DNA of 20,462 bases from Candidatus Dormiibacterota bacterium. Its GTDB lineage: Bacteria; Chloroflexota; Dormibacteria; Dormibacterales; Dormibacteraceae. A program made the translations under genes and the position numbers. The notes below the pieces were generated by a model. The model did no database searches. It saw nothing but the letters and a program-made list of their open reading frames with translations, and was not told where the DNA came from. Location of the stretch: contig DATGEO010000120.1 in assembly GCA_035310015.1 (NCBI GenBank), forward strand, positions 1 to 20,462, given 5' to 3'. This document shows positions 14,973-20,462 of the stretch, one piece after another (position 1 is the stretch's first letter; each line of letters opens with the position of its first letter).

Positions 14973-16369
14973 GGGCTCTGTCGCGCTCGCGGCGCGTAGG
15001 GCAGCCCCTGGCCGCCGATCACGTCGGGCGCGCCCTCGGCGTCTTCGCGGCGCCACCGCCTGGAGAGCCGGAGCAGCAGGGTGACGAAGAAGAACGCAAT
15101 CACCGCGTAGACGACGACGAGCGTGGCCAGCATCGCCCAGATGAAGGCGGCGGGAGCGTCGGTGACCGCGTCCGACACGCGCATGGCGCCGTAGACGATC
15201 CACGGCTGCCGTCCGACCTCGGTCACGACCCAGCCTGCCTCCACCGTGAGATATGCGCCTACGCCCGCCAGCGCCGCGAATCGGTAGAACCAGCGCGACT
15301 CCGGCAGGCGCCGCCGCCTGATCAGGATCACGAAATACCAACCGGTCAGCAGGAGCGCCGTGCTGCCCAGCCCGACCATGAGGTCGAACGACAGGTGGGT
15401 CAGATTCGACTCCACCGCATCCGGCCGCGCGTTGGCCGCGAAGCTCGTGAGCCCCCGCACCACGGTCGAGGGCGAGAAGCCGACCAGGATCGAGTCGAAG
15501 GACGGTATCGGGATTCCGAAATGGACGTTGCCTGACGAGTCGATCAGACCGCCGACGATCTCGGGATTGTTGGCACGCGTCTGCCAGGTGACCTCCATGG
15601 CCGCGAACTTCGCCGGCTGATCAAACGTGAGCGCGCGTGCCGAAAGGTCGCCGACCACCCACTCCACCGGCGCGAGCGCAGCGGCGACCGTGAATGGGAC
15701 TCCGAACGCCAGCCGCTGGTAGTGGTCGCGCCGCCCGCGCAGCCACGCGACCGCGTAGATCGAGGCCACCGCGAAGCCGGCGGTGAGGTAGATCGCGATC
15801 GTGAAATGCCAGAACTCGTAGGTGAGCGCCTTCGTGAACAGCGCGGCCCAGACGTCGACGTCCAGCGTGCCGCCGGGCTGGACGGTCACGCCGCCTGGCG
15901 TGTTCATCCAGGAGTTGGCCGCCAGCACGCCGAACGCGCCCAGCAGGCCGGCCGGCGGCAGCACCAGGCCGAGCAGGAAGTGCGTTCGCGGGCGCAGCCG
16001 GTTCCAGCCGTAGAGATAGATGCTGATGAAGATCGCCTCGAGGAAGAAGGCCCAGCCCTCGATGGCGAACCCCAACCCGAACGCCGCCCCGAACCTGCCG
16101 AGCATCTTCGGCCACAGAATTCCGAACTCGAAAGACAGGATGGTTCCGGTCACGGCTCCGACCGCGAACTGAACGCCCATGACAACCGACCAGCGCCGGG
16201 CGATTCGAATCGCGACGTCGTCTCGGCGTGCGATGCCGATTCCTTCCATCAGCAGCGTCAGGGTGGGGAGTGCGACTCCCAGCGGGACCAGGAGGATGTG
16301 GTAACCGAGCGTGAACGCCATGAGGATGCGGCTCGGAAGAAGTGCCGGCTCGACGGCGTCCAGCGGCAT
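14969..16369 (-). CDS. cydA: Cytochrome bd ubiquinol oxidase subunit I
   Basis: 466 aa. Conserved CydA N-terminus (ILMAFTLGYHILLVPLGVALP...), Q-loop region and multiple TM helices (GWAFFLEAIFISIYLYGW). Confidence 0.9.
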   Translation of the reverse strand: MPLDAVEPALLPSRILMAFTLGYHILLVPLGVALPTLTLLMEGIGIARRDDVAIRIARRWSVVMGVQFAVGAVTGTILSFEFGILWPKMLGRFGAAFGLGFAIEGWAFFLEAIFISIYLYGWNRLRPRTHFLLGLVLPPAGLLGAFGVLAANSWMNTPGGVTVQPGGTLDVDVWAALFTKALTYEFWHFTIAIYLTAGFAVASIYAVAWLRGRRDHYQRLAFGVPFTVAAALAPVEWVVGDLSARALTFDQPAKFAAMEVTWQTRANNPEIVGGLIDSSGNVHFGIPIPSFDSILVGFSPSTVVRGLTSFAANARPDAVESNLTHLSFDLMVGLGSTALLLTGWYFVILIRRRRLPESRWFYRFAALAGVGAYLTVEAGWVVTEVGRQPWIVYGAMRVSDAVTDAPAAFIWAMLATLVVVYAVIAFFFVTLLLRLSRRWRREDAEGAPDVIGGQGLPYAPRARQSP

Positions 16370-16413
16370 CTGATCATTGAAGCGCGAACCGGCGGAACAA
16401 GTCGCGTCACCCT

Positions 16414-17718
16414 ATGGTTGGTCGAATCGTGGCCGTGACAGCCTCGGCTCCCAACCGGCGATTCCACTACGCGTGGGTGGTCGCCGCGGTCACGGGCATC
16501 ACGATCATGGGCGCCGCCGGCTTCCGCGCCACCCCCAGCGTCCTGATCGTTCCGCTCCAGCACGAGTTCGGCTGGAACCGGGCGGTGATCTCGGTCGCGG
16601 TGTCGATCAACCTCATCCTGTTCGGGCTCACCGGCCCGTTCGCCGCCGCCCTCATGGAGCGGTTCGGGCTTCGCGTGGTGACGGTCGGCGCGCTGCTCAC
16701 CATCGCCACCGGTGCGCTGCTGACCGCGTTGATGACGGCGCCCTGGCAGCTGTATCTGCTCTGGGGAGTGGTGGTCGGTGTCGGCACGGGCAGCATGGCC
16801 TCGGTGCTCGCGGCCAACGTGGCCGCGCGGTGGTTCGTCAAGCGAAGAGGGCTCGTTCTCGGCGCCCTCACCGCCGCCGGCGCGACGGGGCAGCTGATAT
16901 TCCTGCCCGGCCTCGGCTACCTCGCTCAGAACGTGGGCTGGCGCTGGGTCTCGATCACCGTCGCGGCGGGGGCCCTTGCGGTCGCGCCGCTGCTTGCCAT
17001 CTTCCTGCGCAACCGGCCTCGCGACGTGGGCCTGCGCGCCTACGGGGCGAATGAGGACGACGTCGTGGTCGCCACCGCCGGCAGCCCCATCGCCAACGCG
17101 TTTCGCGGCCTGCGACTGGGCGTGCGCTCGCGCGACTTCTGGCTGCTGGGCGGCAGCTTCTTCATCTGCGGCGCCTCGACGAACGGCCTCATCGGCACCC
17201 ACCTGATCCCGGCGTCGGTCGACCACGGAATGGCCGAGGTGACGGCCGCGAGCCTCCTGGCGGTGATCGGCGTCTTCGACGTCGTGGGGACGCTCGCCTC
17301 CGGCTACCTCACCGACCGGTTCGACAGCCGCCGCCTGCTGTTCATGTACTACGGCCTGCGCGGCCTGTCGCTTCTGCTGCTGCCTTACGCGTTCGGCAGC
17401 CCGCAGTTCGGGCTCATCCTGTTCATCGTCTTCTACGGTCTCGACTGGGTCGCGACCGTCCCGCCGACGGTCCAGCTCGCGCGAAAGGTCTTCGGCCAGC
17501 AGAACTTCGCCATTGTGTACGGGTGGATCTTCGCGGCTCACCAGATCGGAGCGGCGACGATCGCGTTCGCGGCCGGCGAGGTGCGCACGGTGTTCGGCGA
17601 CTACCAGATCGCGTTCATGAGCTCAGGCTTGCTCTGCCTGCTGGCCGCAGGCCTCGTGCTCCGCATCGCCCGCCCGCGGCCGGGCCGCGTCGAGGTCCTC
17701 GAGCCGGCGTACTCCTGA
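16414..17718 (+). CDS. MFS (major facilitator superfamily) transporter
   Basis: 434 aa. 12 predicted TM segments. MFS-like motif region between TM2 and TM3 (GPFAAALMERFGLRVV). Divergent from cydA with only a 44-nt intergenic gap. Confidence 0.85.
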   Translation: MVGRIVAVTASAPNRRFHYAWVVAAVTGITIMGAAGFRATPSVLIVPLQHEFGWNRAVISVAVSINLILFGLTGPFAAALMERFGLRVVTVGALLTIATGALLTALMTAPWQLYLLWGVVVGVGTGSMASVLAANVAARWFVKRRGLVLGALTAAGATGQLIFLPGLGYLAQNVGWRWVSITVAAGALAVAPLLAIFLRNRPRDVGLRAYGANEDDVVVATAGSPIANAFRGLRLGVRSRDFWLLGGSFFICGASTNGLIGTHLIPASVDHGMAEVTAASLLAVIGVFDVVGTLASGYLTDRFDSRRLLFMYYGLRGLSLLLLPYAFGSPQFGLILFIVFYGLDWVATVPPTVQLARKVFGQQNFAIVYGWIFAAHQIGAATIAFAAGEVRTVFGDYQIAFMSSGLLCLLAAGLVLRIARPRPGRVEVLEPAYS

Positions 17719-18815
17719 TCGCGGCAGGGCTTGCCCTGCTGCCGCTCGCGGTCCAGGCCCACGCGCAGCTCGTGCGGTCCGACCCGGCGCCGGACGCGCG
17801 CCTGCAGACCGCGCCGGCTGAGGTGACCCTGATCTTCACCGAGCAGGTGACGCCCGCCGGCCCGGGCATCCGCGTGTACGCGCCCAGCGGCGCGCAGGTC
17901 GCAGGCGCGGTGGTGGCGCGCGGCACCACGCTGTCGGCGCCGATGACGTCGAGCGAAACCGGCACGTTCATCGTCAGCTGGGAGGTCTTCGCGGCCGACA
18001 CCCATCCATCGCGCGGCGTGTTCTCCTTCACCGTCGGGGCGCCGAGCTCCAACCCGTACTCGGCGCTGCTGACCTCGGGTGAGATCGGGACGTCCACGCC
18101 GCTGGGTCTCGTGCTCCAGGCGCTCGCCCACTGGATTCACTTCGCCGGCTTTGCGCTGGTGTTCGGCGTCGCCGGCTACCGCGTGCTGACGCGCGGCGGC
18201 GGCTTCAACCGCACTCTGGGCGCGGGCGTCGCGCTCCTCATCGCCGCCGAGCCGGTCGCGGTGGTGGCGCAGCTCGCGAGCCTCTCGTTCGACGGCGACA
18301 CCGCGGTCGCCGTCCTCGGCTCGGGCTTCGGGAGGCTGGTCGCGCTGCGCCTGGCGGCGGCGCTGCTGGCGTGGACGGTGATGGCGATCGGCCGGTCGTG
18401 GCCGCTGCTGGCGATCGGGGCCGCGGTCGCGCTCCTGGACGGATTCGGCGCGCACGCCATTGCCGGGCTGCCGGGCGTCGGGCAGGTGCTGGTCGCGGTG
18501 CACGTCGGAGCGATGGGCCTCTGGGCCGGCGGCCTGGCCGCCTACGCGCAGAAGCCCGACCGCCGCTTCGTGCGCTACGCCGCGGCGGCTTTCGGCGTCG
18601 CCGCCGGCACCGGCCTGCTGCTGGCCTTCGCGCACACCGCGTACGTCTCGGCGCTGATCGATACCGACTACGGCCGGGTGCTGCTGCTCAAGGTCGCGAT
18701 CGTCGGCGCCGTGCTGGTCACCGTCCTGCTCCGCCGCCGCCGGCTCGAGCTTGGTGGGGCGGCCGCCATCATCGCCGTGGCGGCCCTGGTGGCCGCCCTT
18801 CCGCCTTCTCGCTAG
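17523..18815 (+). CDS. copCD: Copper resistance CopC-CopD fusion protein (periplasmic CopC copper-binding domain + CopD membrane domain). 5' boundary unresolved: the maximal ORF (GTG 17523) overlaps the MFS gene by 195 nt.
   Basis: Signal-peptide-like LLIAAGLALLPLAVQA followed by a mature-CopC-like N-terminus HAQLVRSDPAPDARLQTAPAEVTLIFTEQV (His1 Cu ligand). C-terminal 8-TM CopD-like domain with conserved His residues (HWIHFAGF, GAHAIAG, AVHVGAMGLW). No in-frame ATG/GTG/TTG between the MFS stop (17718) and GTG 17772, and GTG 17772 would delete His1. Confidence 0.7.
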   Translation: MDLRGSPDRSGDDRVRGRRGAHGVRRLPDRVHELRLALPAGRRPRAPHRPPAAGPRRGPRAGVLLIAAGLALLPLAVQAHAQLVRSDPAPDARLQTAPAEVTLIFTEQVTPAGPGIRVYAPSGAQVAGAVVARGTTLSAPMTSSETGTFIVSWEVFAADTHPSRGVFSFTVGAPSSNPYSALLTSGEIGTSTPLGLVLQALAHWIHFAGFALVFGVAGYRVLTRGGGFNRTLGAGVALLIAAEPVAVVAQLASLSFDGDTAVAVLGSGFGRLVALRLAAALLAWTVMAIGRSWPLLAIGAAVALLDGFGAHAIAGLPGVGQVLVAVHVGAMGLWAGGLAAYAQKPDRRFVRYAAAAFGVAAGTGLLLAFAHTAYVSALIDTDYGRVLLLKVAIVGAVLVTVLLRRRRLELGGAAAIIAVAALVAALPPSR

Positions 18816-19458
18816 CCAGCCCATGCCGGAACGCGTACGCCACCGCCTGCGAGCGGTCGCGCAGCTGCGCCTTGCCGAAGATGTTGTTGATGTGCGTCTT
18901 GACCGTGGCCTCGCTGATGAACAGGCTCGCCGCTATCTCCTGGTTGCTCTGGCCGCGCGCAATGAGGCGCAGCACGTCGACCTCCCGCTGGGTCAGGGCG
19001 TCTGGATAGACCGGTCGCGCTGAAACGGCCGGCGACGAGAGGCCCTCGGCCAGCCGCCGCTGCACCGACGGCTCGAACAGCGCCTCGCCCGCGTGGACCG
19101 TCTCGATTGCGCGTGCGATCTCGCTCGCGCTGGAATCCTTCGTGAGGTAACCGCGCGCGCCGGCCTGCAGCGCCGAGAAGACCGACTCGTCGTCGGCGTA
19201 GGTCGTGAGCACGATCACACGGGTCGAAGGCAGCGTGGCGGTGATGCGGCGCGTGGCCTCGACCCCGCCGACGCGCGGCATGCGCAGGTCCATCAGCACC
19301 ACGTCGGCCTTCTGGCGGCCGGCGACGTTGACCGCTTCGTCGCCGTCGGCCGCGCTGCCGACCACGTCGATGCCGGGGCTGAGCCGCAGCATCGTGATGA
19401 GCCCTTCCCGAACCAGAGTCTGGTCGTCGGCGACGACGACCCTGATGCCCTCGCTCAT
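18769..19458 (-). CDS. Two-component response regulator, NarL/LuxR (FixJ) family
   Basis: REC domain (IRVVVADDQTLVREGL...VVLMDLRMP...VIVLTTY) plus LuxR HTH (LTQREVDVLRLIARGQSNQEIAASLFISEATVKTHINNIFGK). ATG overlaps the kinase stop (ATGA at 19458-19455). Its 3' end overlaps the convergent copCD gene by 47 nt. Confidence 0.85.
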   Translation of the reverse strand: MSEGIRVVVADDQTLVREGLITMLRLSPGIDVVGSAADGDEAVNVAGRQKADVVLMDLRMPRVGGVEATRRITATLPSTRVIVLTTYADDESVFSALQAGARGYLTKDSSASEIARAIETVHAGEALFEPSVQRRLAEGLSSPAVSARPVYPDALTQREVDVLRLIARGQSNQEIAASLFISEATVKTHINNIFGKAQLRDRSQAVAYAFRHGLASEKAEGRPPGPPRR

Positions 19459-20462
19459 CCCGGCAGCCATAGGCGCACGCGGAAGCCGGAATCCGTGCGC
19501 CCCGCCTCGAACTTCCCGCCGAGAAGCTCCGCTCGCTCGCGCATACCGAGGAGCCCATAGCCGCCGTCGCCGGCACTGCCGGCCTGGGCGCCGACGTCTG
19601 TGACCGTCAGCTCCGTGCCACCGGTCTCGAAGCGCAGCACCGCCTCAACCCGCTCGGGGTGCGCGTGCTTGCGGACGTTGGTGAGGGCCTCCTGTGCGGT
19701 GCGATAGATCGCGAGCTGCGCATCCGGCGCGAGGGGCCGGGCCACGCCTTCGACACGCAGCTCGGCCGCTGTTCCGGAGTCGTGCTTGAACTCCTCGACG
19801 AGCTGCGCCAGCTGGTCGGGCCCCGGGACGCGGTCGCCGCGCAGCGCCGACACGGCGCTGCGAGTCTCGTCGATGCCTTCCTTCGCGAGCCGGTGCGCAC
19901 GCTCCACCGCCGCGAGCGCTTCAAAGTCGTCGCCACGCCGCTCGAGCATCAGCCGCGCGCCTTCGAGCTGCACCGCCAGCGCCGCCAGCGTGTGGGCGAG
20001 GACGTCGTGGATCTCGCGCGCGATGCGGGCCCGCTCGTTGATGGCCGCGGCCTCGACCTGCGCATCGTGGTTCGCCTGCAGCTCGTGCAGCAGCGCTGTC
20101 GTGCGCGCCTGCTCCTCGCGCAGGTATCCCACCGAGCGCGAGGCGAGGAAGGCGAAGCTGAGGCCGAGTCCGTACGAGAGAAGGCTCACGGGCTGCAGGC
20201 CCGAGCGCGCCACGATCGCCGCGAGATAGGCAGCGATGATCACGCCCGCGTAGACGTTGCCCGTGCGCTCGTCGAAGCGGTTCGCCGCCGTCGACAGGGC
20301 GACGATCGCGGCGATGATGGACCCACCTTGGGGTGACTGCAGCGCGAGGGCGATCGCCGCGGCGCCGAGCACCACGACGAGCGCGGTGCCGAATGGGCCC
20401 TCTTTCTGCCGGAAGCCCTCGATCAGGAGTGTCCACGTGACGCCGATCACCACGACCGTCGC
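19455..20462 (-). CDS. Sensor histidine kinase, HisKA_3 (NarX/DesK/LiaS-like) family, intramembrane-sensing type; 5'-partial (runs off the window end)
   Basis: Multiple N-terminal TM helices without a large extracytoplasmic loop. H-box REIHDVLAHTLAAL, HATPase_c with G-box GYGLLGMRERAELLGG. The ORF is open to the window edge, with no stop upstream of 20453. Confidence 0.85.
   Translation of the reverse strand, partial: ATVVVIGVTWTLLIEGFRQKEGPFGTALVVVLGAAAIALALQSPQGGSIIAAIVALSTAANRFDERTGNVYAGVIIAAYLAAIVARSGLQPVSLLSYGLGLSFAFLASRSVGYLREEQARTTALLHELQANHDAQVEAAAINERARIAREIHDVLAHTLAALAVQLEGARLMLERRGDDFEALAAVERAHRLAKEGIDETRSAVSALRGDRVPGPDQLAQLVEEFKHDSGTAAELRVEGVARPLAPDAQLAIYRTAQEALTNVRKHAHPERVEAVLRFETGGTELTVTDVGAQAGSAGDGGYGLLGMRERAELLGGKFEAGRTDSGFRVRLWLPG

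Noticed and set aside
16370-16413. 44-nt divergent intergenic region between cydA and the MFS gene, containing CGCGA...TCGCG inverted repeat
   Set aside because: Too short to hold two recognisable promoters. Only a 5-bp interrupted repeat. Promoters probably extend into coding regions or starts differ. Nothing callable from sequence alone.
17601-18824. 407-aa antisense ORF opposite copCD, and the 16258..17541 antisense ORF opposite the MFS gene
   Set aside because: Both are charged low-complexity antisense readings of membrane-protein genes with clear TM topology in the sense frame.
18812-19576. 254-aa alternate-frame ORF overlapping the response-regulator gene
   Set aside because: Out-of-frame, Arg/Gly/Pro-rich. 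The 18769..19458 frame has the REC and LuxR HTH domains.
1-20462. Searched for CRISPR arrays, IS/transposase genes, integrase, tRNA/rRNA, phage or defence-system (nuclease/ATPase/retron/toxin) signatures
   Set aside because: No direct-repeat arrays, no terminal inverted repeats flanking a transposase-like ORF, no recombinase-like proteins. All ORFs with coding-like composition have housekeeping or transport/regulatory assignments.

Overview
High-GC (~70%) chromosomal segment from an actinobacteria-like genome, densely packed with housekeeping and stress-type genes (about 22 CDS). No rRNA, tRNA, CRISPR or mobile-element signatures were seen. Reading left to right, it encodes: an ABM monooxygenase; a 659-aa flotillin/SPFH membrane-scaffold protein; a dienelactone hydrolase; an unusual three-domain regulator (alpha/beta-hydrolase, degenerate class-III nucleotidyl-cyclase-like domain, LuxR HTH); a translationally coupled DUF4242 (SCO4226-like Ni-binding family) gene plus a Cys/His-containing secreted-protein gene; an Asp-box beta-propeller hypothetical protein; and a DUF1801 protein. 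A minus-strand operon follows: beta-carbonic anhydrase, Fer4_19+CDGSH iron-sulfur protein, NUDIX hydrolase. Then a minus-strand MarR regulator and luciferase-like (LLM) flavin/F420 oxidoreductase, with the MarR gene divergent from a heterodimeric ABC exporter pair. The two are separated by an AT-rich intergenic region carrying a nested palindromic operator over a near-consensus sigma-70-type promoter. Convergent to the exporters is cytochrome bd oxidase cydAB, followed by an MFS transporter, a CopC-CopD fusion with an anomalous start region, and an intramembrane-sensing HisKA_3 histidine kinase / NarL-family response regulator pair; the kinase gene runs off the window. Many long antisense or alternate-frame ORFs in the six-frame track are Arg/Ala/Gly/Pro-rich and are treated as high-GC artefacts. 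Nothing resembling a known defence system is present. The most novel-looking items are the pseudo-cyclase LuxR regulator, the DUF4242/secreted metal-motif pair, the beta-CA / CDGSH-variant / NUDIX operon, the MarR operator architecture and the CopCD start anomaly.
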